64,000 nucleotides of DNA from an uncultured Spirochaetaceae bacterium. GTDB lineage: Bacteria; Spirochaetota; Spirochaetia; Treponematales; Treponemataceae. The translations under genes were made by a program, and so were the position numbers. How positions within the stretch are numbered: the first letter of the stretch is position 1; every line of letters begins with the position of its first letter. The DNA lies in assembly GCA_902789325.1 (NCBI GenBank), contig CADANN010000001.1:38024-102023 (forward strand), written 5' to 3'. This document shows, in pieces, positions 48,739 to 56,572 of this stretch. Under the pieces are notes generated by a model that saw nothing but the letters and a program-made list of their open reading frames with translations, was not told the DNA's origin and did no database searches.

Positions 48739-50646
48739 ATGAAAAAAACTATTAAATCAAAAATGTTTATTGGAGCAATGATGATTGGCTTTTCATTATT
48801 GCTAACTGGATGTCCACAACCTGCGAGTGGTGGTGGAGAAAATTATGATGAACCATTACCTGAAATTAATGATATTCTTTTCGGTGATCCTGATTGGGAT
48901 ATAACTTATAATAGTATATCAGGAGTGATTGATTATGATCCTGTATTAGCAAGATATCCACAGTATGGTGATGCTCTTGTAAATACACATGGCAAAATAA
49001 TTAGAATAGCAACTCATATAGAAGAAGGAGGTAAATATTATTATTCTACCGATTCATCAATGACTATTAATGATATTACTGTTACAGAAGAATCTGCTCT
49101 TTCATTTGATTATAGATGCGATTTACTTAATTGGACAAATGGAACAGAAACATACGTCAATTATTTTGTGGTATACATTGATAATGAAGAATTACCTGTT
49201 TTTACACAAACTGGCTCAGGTCAAATGTGGCAAAACACTTCTTTGATCCTTTCACCTGGCTCTCATACAGTTAAGTTTTGTACTGTTCTTGATGAAAGTA
49301 AATACCGTGCAGAAGGTCTTTCAAATGCAGTATATTTAGATAATATCACACTTGCCCCAAATAAAATTGCTTCTGTAGATATCTATCCAAAAGGATTGCA
49401 GGAAACTTATGTAAATGGAGACACAATTCAGTTTACTGCAAAAGCTCTTCGTTCCGATGGCTCAGTAATTCCAGGAGAAACTGTAACATGGACAGCAACA
49501 GGCGGTTCAATTGACAGCAACGGTTTATTTACACCAGGAAGCTCAACAGGAAACGTTTCTGTTACAGCAACTATTAATGGAAAATCAGCTTCAAATACAA
49601 CAGTAAAAGTTCATGGTTCAAGTTACCTCACAGATCCTGTAACAATTAATGGACATACATTTACTGGAAAAATAACAAAGATTGATAATACTGCATTTAC
49701 TGATACTAATAATATAACATTTGTTTCCCCTACTCCTAGATACAGTAACTTCTATGCAGATGGTTTCTTTGTTTTGAAAGGAACTGCAACTGGCACAAAT
49801 CCTGTTTTATTCATGAGAAAACGAGGTGACGGATATTTAATTAACAACGAATACAATCCAAAGTATCCTTATCAGTCAACAATTGTTTTACCATCAGGAG
49901 ATTTTGAACAGAGAATCTGGTTACGATGGGGAGACGGAATTTACGATATTTGGATTGAAGAAGGTGAAGTTACATATAATGAAAGTTATGATGGTTATGA
50001 AGGAGCATGGGTTACCTGGCATCTTCCTCGTAACGCAGGAGAATCTACATACTTTTATGTAGTAAATCAATCTAACTTCAAATATTCTACAGAAGACTGT
50101 GCTTTCCTTATGCCTTCAGACAATTGTCAATGTGATGATTTCCTTATTACAAATGCATTTAATGCAGTAATGGCAGAATTACCAGATGATGCAACACTCG
50201 GTATGAAGCTCCAGGCATTATATGACTGGGAAGCTCGAAGAAGTCATTATGATTATGTAAGTTTTACAACCACCTCTACCACAAAACGAAAGCGTCAGGA
50301 TGCTGTTCATGTTCTAAAATATGAAATGGCTGTATGTGAAGGTTATGCTGATCTTTACACAGCCTTTGCACGTCTTTTAGGAGTAAAGTCTGCATACCAA
50401 TCTTCAGAAAACCTATGTCATGCATGGACAGAACTTTATTATAAAGGAAAGTGGAAAATGGTAGATATTACCTGGGATGATCCATCTGCGAATATGTCTA
50501 CAGACAAAAATCCAACCGCAGAAAACTACTGGTATTTCTTAATCGATCCTGACGATGCTAGTCATGCGAAACGAGACAGCGAAGGCTATACTATCGAGCC
50601 ATATCAATACGATAGAGTAACAGACTACAGTCGTTCTGCGAATTAA
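48739..50646 (+). CDS. lipoprotein with Big_2-like Ig domain and transglutaminase-like cysteine-protease core
   Basis: Lipobox LLLTGC, an Ig-like repeat (TVTWTATGGSIDSNGLFTP) and a transglutaminase triad context (CEGYADLY...HAWTELYY...VDITWDD). Confidence 0.75.
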   Translation: MKKTIKSKMFIGAMMIGFSLLLTGCPQPASGGGENYDEPLPEINDILFGDPDWDITYNSISGVIDYDPVLARYPQYGDALVNTHGKIIRIATHIEEGGKYYYSTDSSMTINDITVTEESALSFDYRCDLLNWTNGTETYVNYFVVYIDNEELPVFTQTGSGQMWQNTSLILSPGSHTVKFCTVLDESKYRAEGLSNAVYLDNITLAPNKIASVDIYPKGLQETYVNGDTIQFTAKALRSDGSVIPGETVTWTATGGSIDSNGLFTPGSSTGNVSVTATINGKSASNTTVKVHGSSYLTDPVTINGHTFTGKITKIDNTAFTDTNNITFVSPTPRYSNFYADGFFVLKGTATGTNPVLFMRKRGDGYLINNEYNPKYPYQSTIVLPSGDFEQRIWLRWGDGIYDIWIEEGEVTYNESYDGYEGAWVTWHLPRNAGESTYFYVVNQSNFKYSTEDCAFLMPSDNCQCDDFLITNAFNAVMAELPDDATLGMKLQALYDWEARRSHYDYVSFTTTSTTKRKRQDAVHVLKYEMAVCEGYADLYTAFARLLGVKSAYQSSENLCHAWTELYYKGKWKMVDITWDDPSANMSTDKNPTAENYWYFLIDPDDASHAKRDSEGYTIEPYQYDRVTDYSRSAN

Positions 50647-50679
50647 TAAAAATATTTCTTACGAAATTTAAAAACTGTA

Positions 50680-50931
50680 TTGACAACTTTTTTTAATTTC
50701 GGTATAAAGAAAAACATCTAAGGCAAAGAGGTCGTAGGAATAATCCTTCGACCTCTTTTCTTTTTTAACAAACATGGCAATGGCGCTGCGTATACTACGT
50801 TTCTAACTAACGTTAGTTATCCGCAGCGTTTATTTTTTACGGCGATGATGTCGGGCATTTGTGCACAATGTCTGAAATTGTCGCCGTTATTTTTTTAATG
50901 TGATTTTCGAACTTACACAGGAGGTATACAG
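50680..50931 (+). promoter_or_regulatory. amtB leader: sigma70 promoter + three tandem terminator hairpins
   Basis: TTGACA (50680-85), 17-nt spacer, TATAAA (50703-08).
- Hairpin 1: AAGGCAAAGAGGTCG, arms 50725-34 and 50749-58, then T-run.
- Hairpin 2: ATGGCAATGGCGCTGCG (50774-90) pairing with CGCAGCG (50822-28), then TTTATTTTTT.
- Hairpin 3: ACGGCGA (50839-45) pairing with TCGCCGT (50881-87), then TATTTTTTT.
RBS AGGAGG, ATG at 50932. Confidence 0.75.
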
Positions 50932-52602
50932 ATGAGTGAAGTTTGGAGTGTATGGTTTTTAATCGGCGCTGCACTTGTATTCTTTATGCAGTGCGGTTTT
51001 GCAATGGTTGAAACAGGTTTTACAAGAGCGAAGAATGCGGGAAACATCATTATGAAAAACCTGATGGATTTCTGTATCGGAACTCCTATGTTTATGCTTC
51101 TCGGCTTTGGTTTAATGATGAGCGAGAACTATTTCTTTGGTGTAATTGGTAAACCAAATATGCAGTTGTTTACAAACTTTGCTGAAGGCGACTGGTCAGC
51201 ATTCGTTTTCAATCTTGTATTCTGTGCAACAGCTGCTACAATCGTATCTGGTTCTATGGCAGAACGAACTAAGTTCTCTGCTTACTGTATCTACTCTGCT
51301 GTAATTTCTGCAGTTGTTTACCCTATCGAAGCTGGTTGGGTTTGGAACTCACAGGGCTGGCTCGTTCAGCTTGGTTTCGTAGACTTCGCTGGTGGTGCTG
51401 CAATTCACTCAGTAGGAGGGACCGCTGCATTGATTGGTGCAATCTTCCTTGGTCCTCGTATTGGAAAGTATGATTACGATAAGGACGGAAAGGTAACAAA
51501 GGTACACGCTATTCCTGGTCACTCTTTGACACTCGGTGCTCTCGGAACTTTCATCCTCTGGTTCGGATGGTACGGCTTCAACGGAGCTGCTTGTACACAG
51601 CTTCTTGGAGTTGGAGGTCTTGCTGCAGTATTCACAACAACAACAATTGCCCCTGCAGTTGCTGCTGTTACTACAATGATTTTTACCTGGGTAAAGAACG
51701 GTAAGCCTGATGTTTCTATGACACTCAACGCTTCACTTGCTGGTCTTGTTGCTATTACTCCTACATGTGCCACAGTTGATGCACTTGGTGCAAGCATCAT
51801 CGGTATCGTTTCAGGTATTATCGTTGTAGTAGTTGTTGAATTCCTTGATATGAAGCTCCACATTGATGACCCGGTTGGTGCTGTTGCAGTTCACCTTGCA
51901 AACGGTATCTGGGGTACATTAAGTGATGGTTTATTCAACGTTGAAAACGGTGTATTCTACGGTGGCGGTGTAAAGCACCTTGGAGTACAGTGTCTTGGTG
52001 AGTTCACAATTGTTGCATGGACAACAGTTTGTATGATTATCACATTCAGCCTTATCAAGAAACTCCATGGACTTCGTGCAAGCCGTGAAGAAGAAATCAT
52101 CGGTCTTGATAAGCTCGAGCACGGAATTGATTCAAGCTACGCAGGATTCATCATGGCTCCACAGGTTCTTGGCGGAGACAGCCCTGCATCAGGAGAAAGC
52201 GTTCCTGTTGAAAAGGCAGTTCCAGTTGCAAAGGCAACAGCTCGTCCAGATGCAAAGTTCCATATGGTTACAATCATTACACGCCAGAGCAAGTTCGACG
52301 AGCTCAAGGCTGCAATGAACGACATCAACGTAACAGGTATGACAGTTACAAACGTACTTGGTTGCGGCCAGCAGCACGGAAACGTTCAGAAGTATCGTGG
52401 TGTTGAAATGGATATGACATTGCTTCCTAAGATTAAGGTTGATATCGTAGTAAGCGAAGTTCCAGTTGATCTTGTTGTAACAGCCGCTAAGGAAGTTCTT
52501 TACACAGGCCACATCGGCGACGGAAAGATTTTCGTATACGATGTTCAGAATGTTGTAAAGGTTCGTACCGGAGAGGAAGGATACGAAGCTTTGCAGGATT
52601 AG
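50932..52602 (+). CDS. amtB: ammonium transporter fused to a C-terminal PII (GlnK/GlnB) domain
   Basis: Residues 1 to ~400 are an Amt/MEP polytopic domain (AGGAAIHSVGG, WFGWYGFN). A Pro/Ala/Ser linker follows. The last ~115 aa are PII-like (FHMVTIITR...T-loop GQQHGNVQKYRG...GDGKIFVYDV). Confidence 0.9.
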   Translation: MSEVWSVWFLIGAALVFFMQCGFAMVETGFTRAKNAGNIIMKNLMDFCIGTPMFMLLGFGLMMSENYFFGVIGKPNMQLFTNFAEGDWSAFVFNLVFCATAATIVSGSMAERTKFSAYCIYSAVISAVVYPIEAGWVWNSQGWLVQLGFVDFAGGAAIHSVGGTAALIGAIFLGPRIGKYDYDKDGKVTKVHAIPGHSLTLGALGTFILWFGWYGFNGAACTQLLGVGGLAAVFTTTTIAPAVAAVTTMIFTWVKNGKPDVSMTLNASLAGLVAITPTCATVDALGASIIGIVSGIIVVVVVEFLDMKLHIDDPVGAVAVHLANGIWGTLSDGLFNVENGVFYGGGVKHLGVQCLGEFTIVAWTTVCMIITFSLIKKLHGLRASREEEIIGLDKLEHGIDSSYAGFIMAPQVLGGDSPASGESVPVEKAVPVAKATARPDAKFHMVTIITRQSKFDELKAAMNDINVTGMTVTNVLGCGQQHGNVQKYRGVEMDMTLLPKIKVDIVVSEVPVDLVVTAAKEVLYTGHIGDGKIFVYDVQNVVKVRTGEEGYEALQD

Positions 52603-52644
52603 GCTAACTAACGTTATGTTGTTTTCTATTTACTCATAATATTT

Positions 52645-52669
52645 GCCCGGTGAAAGCCGGGCGTTTTTT
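52645..52669 (+). terminator. intrinsic terminator after amtB-PII
   Basis: GCCCGG-TGAAAG-CCGGGC followed by GTTTTTT. Confidence 0.75.
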
Positions 52670-52809
52670 ATATATTCGGTTTCAGACCAGTTAGGAATGT
52701 TTGTTTAAAATAAATATAATAAGTTGTTATATTTAAAACAGATAAAAGGACATAAATGAGTTGAATTGGTAAAATAGTTAAAAGAAATTTCAAAAAACAT
52801 AGGAGAAAA

Positions 52810-54135
52810 ATGTTTATGAAAAAAATGAAATTGATTGCCGTAGCGGCAATGATGGTACTGGCGTCAGCTTTTACAGGCTGTAATAATTCAGTTGGAACAG
52901 AACCTGCAAATGAAACTCAAAAACAAAATGAGATGGCATTTGTTATACAGCTTCCAAAAGCAACCAAAGCAAGAGTTGCATATTATGAACAATCTGATGC
53001 AACCTCTTACAAAGTACAGCTTTTGAAATCTGGTACAGTTCTTAAGACTGAAACTGGCAATCCAGGCGACAAAATCAGACTTACAGTAGCAGAAGAAGGC
53101 TCTTACTCAATTAAGGTAACAGCCTATAAAGACACTACAATAATTGCAGAAGGTTTGTCATCAGTTTCAATCAGCCTTGCAGATGGCGATGTAAAGGTAA
53201 ATGTAAAACTGATTCCAAATGCAAAAGAAGTTGGTATTGATGTTGAGATTGAATGGGGAAGTGGAGCAGAAACACCTGTTTTATCAGCTAACTTTGTAAA
53301 GGTAGAAGGTTCTACGGTTGTAGGAGGTACAAAGTTTGCTTATTCAGGAGACTTTGATAATAATGATTATTATAAAGGTGTATTCCGCGAAGGCCGTACA
53401 GTAACTATAGATAGTTTTTACATGTGCGACCATGAGGTAACTCAGGCAGAATATGTAAGTATAATGGGAACTAATCCTAGTTATTTTAACAATAATGCAG
53501 CAGATGGTGAAGTTCAGGAGAACCTGCCTGTAGAATATGTAAACTGGTATGACGCAATTGTATATTGTAATAAAAGAAGTATTGCAGAAAAGCTTACACC
53601 TTGCTATTCAATTAGTGGCAGTACGAATCCGGAAGACTGGGGTGTTGTTCCTTCAAGCAATGATTCAACATGGGATGCAGTAACCTGTAATTTCAAGGCA
53701 AATGGATATCGTTTACCAACAGAAGCAGAATGGGAATATGCTGCACTTGGGGGAAAAAATGGTGTAACAGCAGATGATCCAACAGATTACGCAGGAACAA
53801 ACGACATATCAGAACTTGGTGAATATGCTTGGTATACATCAAATAGTGGAAATAAAACACATGAGGTGAGAAAGAAATTATCAAATGCTCTAGGCCTTTA
53901 TGATATGTCTGGAAATGTATTGGAATGGTGCTGGGATTGGTATGATAATGAAAATACTCCAAGCATAATATCTTCAACACCTGCAACTGGCGTGTCGTCT
54001 GGTTCCGACCGCGTTTTTCGTGGTGGTAGCGGGGGCGATGATGCCGAGTACTGCTCTGTTGCGGGCCGGTACAACTTCGTCCCGAATGCCTTCTTCGTCG
54101 GTTTGGGCTTCCGCGTGGTTCGCTCCGCTCAGTAA
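52810..54135 (+). CDS. lipoprotein with C-terminal FGE-sulfatase (SUMF1-like) domain
   Basis: Lipobox AFTGC. FGE-domain motifs: MCDHEVTQAEY, VNWYDA, GYRLPTEAEWEYA, GNVLEWCWDW and RGGS...GFRVVRS. Confidence 0.8.
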   Translation: MFMKKMKLIAVAAMMVLASAFTGCNNSVGTEPANETQKQNEMAFVIQLPKATKARVAYYEQSDATSYKVQLLKSGTVLKTETGNPGDKIRLTVAEEGSYSIKVTAYKDTTIIAEGLSSVSISLADGDVKVNVKLIPNAKEVGIDVEIEWGSGAETPVLSANFVKVEGSTVVGGTKFAYSGDFDNNDYYKGVFREGRTVTIDSFYMCDHEVTQAEYVSIMGTNPSYFNNNAADGEVQENLPVEYVNWYDAIVYCNKRSIAEKLTPCYSISGSTNPEDWGVVPSSNDSTWDAVTCNFKANGYRLPTEAEWEYAALGGKNGVTADDPTDYAGTNDISELGEYAWYTSNSGNKTHEVRKKLSNALGLYDMSGNVLEWCWDWYDNENTPSIISSTPATGVSSGSDRVFRGGSGGDDAEYCSVAGRYNFVPNAFFVGLGFRVVRSAQ

Positions 54136-54215
54136 TCCCCTTAGCAAAAGGAAAGTTCGTTTGGAAAGCAAGGAAGCAGGCGGTAGCCAGCGACCGGCTT
54201 TTCCAAACGTGTAAG

Positions 54216-54243
54216 TCCGCGCGAGAGCGCGGATTTTTTTTTC
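54216..54243 (+). terminator. intrinsic terminator after the FGE-domain gene
   Basis: TCCGCGC-GAGA-GCGCGGA followed by T10. Confidence 0.8.
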
Positions 54244-54289
54244 TCTATCAATGAATTCATAATATTCTGGAGGTTCCCGCGTAGTTTTA

Positions 54290-54724
54290 TTAATTAATTG
54301 ATTGAATTATAAAACAGGCAACCAATCCTATACTCATAAAAGGAATAAAAGCAAAAGGCTTTTTACCGAACTTTTTATTTATAACGATTAAAGCAACTAC
54401 ATCTTCAATTATAAAACAAAAAGGAATTAACCGAGGAATCAAAAATAATCCCTGAAAAAATCCGAACCATACGTCAGCAGGGCCCAACTTGTTTTTTGTT
54501 ATTTTTCTGACGGCAAAATAAAAAGTGCCACAAATCATACTCGAGATAATATAAATCCACATTCCTTCACGAGCAAAAATCAGATGACAGATTAAGGCCG
54601 CAAAAATTGATACCCATTGAAAATGAATGCTGACTTCCAGTTTTTTTATATCTTGGATTGAAAGAATCAAAGAAAACAACAATATAATAGAAAAAGACGT
54701 TATTGAATATAATGTAATGTTCAT
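54290..54724 (-). CDS. small polytopic membrane protein, prepilin-peptidase (A24)-like
   Basis: 144 aa with 4-5 TM helices and a conserved-looking Asp in SIQDIKKLEV. The assignment is tentative. Confidence 0.45.
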   Translation of the reverse strand: MNITLYSITSFSIILLFSLILSIQDIKKLEVSIHFQWVSIFAALICHLIFAREGMWIYIISSMICGTFYFAVRKITKNKLGPADVWFGFFQGLFLIPRLIPFCFIIEDVVALIVINKKFGKKPFAFIPFMSIGLVACFIIQSIN

Positions 54725-54779
54725 AAGAAAAGTATAAAATACTGTTCGTTAATGGTCAAATTTATGTTACACTACCCCT

Positions 54780-56516
54780 ATGGACTACACAAAACATCCG
54801 CTTAAGATTTTCTTCTCGTATTACAAACCTCATGTGGGCCTCTTCATTGCCGATATGATCTGCGCATTTTTTATGGCCGCTATAGATGTTGCATTTCCAA
54901 TGTTCACCCGTTATGCATTAAACACACTGATTCCCAATCATCAGCTTCGAACATTTTTAATTCTTGTAGTAATTCTTTTTGCAGGATTTTGTCTTCATAA
55001 AGCCTGCAACTGGTTTGTAGCCTACTGGGGACACGTTTTCGGAAACCGAGTTGAGCAGGATATGAGGCGAGATGTTTTTGATCACCTTGAAAAGTTACCC
55101 TTCAGTTTTTACGACACAAACCGAACCGGTAAAATCATGTCGCGTGCAACCACAGATCTTTTTGAAATCACAGAACTTGCACACCATGGTCCAGAAGATT
55201 TTTCAATCGCAATGCTGAATCTCATTGGTTCCTTTGTACTTCTTCTTACAATCAGATGGGAACTTGCGATAATTGTTTTTATCATGCTGCCTCTGATTTT
55301 CTTCATAGTATATACTTCGCGAAAAAATCTTACTCAGGCTTCTACAAAAGTAAAAGAAACAACTGCCGAAGTAAACGCAGGTCTTGAATCCAGCATTTCG
55401 GGAATCCGCGTAACAAAAGGCTTTTGCAACGAAGATTTTGAACGAGAACGCTTCGCCGTTTACAACAAACAGTACAGTGCCGCAAAACAGGGCCGCTTCC
55501 GCTATATGGCAAGTTTTTTCTCAAACATCGAATTCTGTAATAATCTTCTTTCACTTCTTACTATTGCAGTTGGTGGATATTTTATCATGCAGGGAAAAAT
55601 GACACTCCCAGATTTAGTTGCCGCTAACTTATTTGTTGCAAGTTTTGTAGGACCAATTAAACGTTTAAACGGATTTGTAGAACAGTTTGCAACCGGTATG
55701 GCAGGCTTCAACAGATTTATTGAACTTATGAACACAGCGACTGAACCAGCCGATGCTCCGAATGCAGTAGAAATTCTTTCTGCCCGTGGAAACATCAGCT
55801 TTAAGAATGTTGATTTTTCTTATACTCCAGACTTCCCTATTTTGCAGAATGTAAATCTCGAAATTCATTCCGGAGAAAAATTTGCGCTCGTTGGTGCAAG
55901 TGGAGGTGGAAAAACAACAATCTGTAATCTTATTCCACGCTTTTATGAAATTACCGGTGGCTCAATCAGCCTCGATGGAATTGATATTCATCAGATAAAA
56001 AAACAATCCCTCCGTACTCAGATTGGCATTGTACAGCAGGATGTTTTCCTTTTTGCCGGAACTATCCGCGAAAATATTGCATACGGAAAACCGAACGCTA
56101 CACAGGAAGAAATTGAGCTTGCAGCTCGTCGTGCCGAAATCCACGAAGACATCATGAAAATGCCTAACGGCTACGACTCCGTGGTGGGCGAGCGCGGTAT
56201 TAAGCTCAGTGGCGGACAAAAACAGCGCGTCTCAATCGCCCGCTGCTTCCTCAAAAATCCCCCAATCTTAATACTCGACGAAGCGACATCCGCCTTAGAC
56301 ACCGCGACCGAGATCAAGATACAGCACGCATTCGATGAACTTTCCCGAGGTCGCACTACTCTTGTAATTGCACACCGTCTTTCCACCATCAAAAATGCCG
56401 ACAAAATTGCCGTGGTAAATGACCACGGCATAGTAGAACTCGGCACACACGATGAGCTTATGGCAAAACACGGTGAATACTACAAGCTACAGAGCGCTCA
56501 GGTTACCGTGCAGTAA
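54780..56516 (+). CDS. ABC exporter, fused permease/ATPase (MsbA/multidrug-like)
   Basis: Walker A GASGGGKTT, signature LSGGQKQR and Walker B ILILDEATS. Confidence 0.92.
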   Translation: MDYTKHPLKIFFSYYKPHVGLFIADMICAFFMAAIDVAFPMFTRYALNTLIPNHQLRTFLILVVILFAGFCLHKACNWFVAYWGHVFGNRVEQDMRRDVFDHLEKLPFSFYDTNRTGKIMSRATTDLFEITELAHHGPEDFSIAMLNLIGSFVLLLTIRWELAIIVFIMLPLIFFIVYTSRKNLTQASTKVKETTAEVNAGLESSISGIRVTKGFCNEDFERERFAVYNKQYSAAKQGRFRYMASFFSNIEFCNNLLSLLTIAVGGYFIMQGKMTLPDLVAANLFVASFVGPIKRLNGFVEQFATGMAGFNRFIELMNTATEPADAPNAVEILSARGNISFKNVDFSYTPDFPILQNVNLEIHSGEKFALVGASGGGKTTICNLIPRFYEITGGSISLDGIDIHQIKKQSLRTQIGIVQQDVFLFAGTIRENIAYGKPNATQEEIELAARRAEIHEDIMKMPNGYDSVVGERGIKLSGGQKQRVSIARCFLKNPPILILDEATSALDTATEIKIQHAFDELSRGRTTLVIAHRLSTIKNADKIAVVNDHGIVELGTHDELMAKHGEYYKLQSAQVTVQ

Positions 56517-56527
56517 GCAGTAAAACT

Positions 56528-56572
56528 GTCATTCCGAACTTGTTTCGGAATCTAAATCAAGTTCAGCATGAC
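56528..56572. repeat. double-hairpin repeat element, copy C (second hairpin half-deleted)
   Basis: GTC-ATTCCGAA-CTTGT-TTCGGAAT-CTAAATC-AAGTTCAGCATGAC. It overlaps the last 3 codons and the stop of the minus-strand gene. Confidence 0.75.

Noticed and set aside
50722-50896. Whether the tandem hairpin repeats in the leaders are a CRISPR-like array.
   Set aside because: The units are not identical direct repeats, their spacing is irregular, each ends in a T-run, and no cas genes are present.
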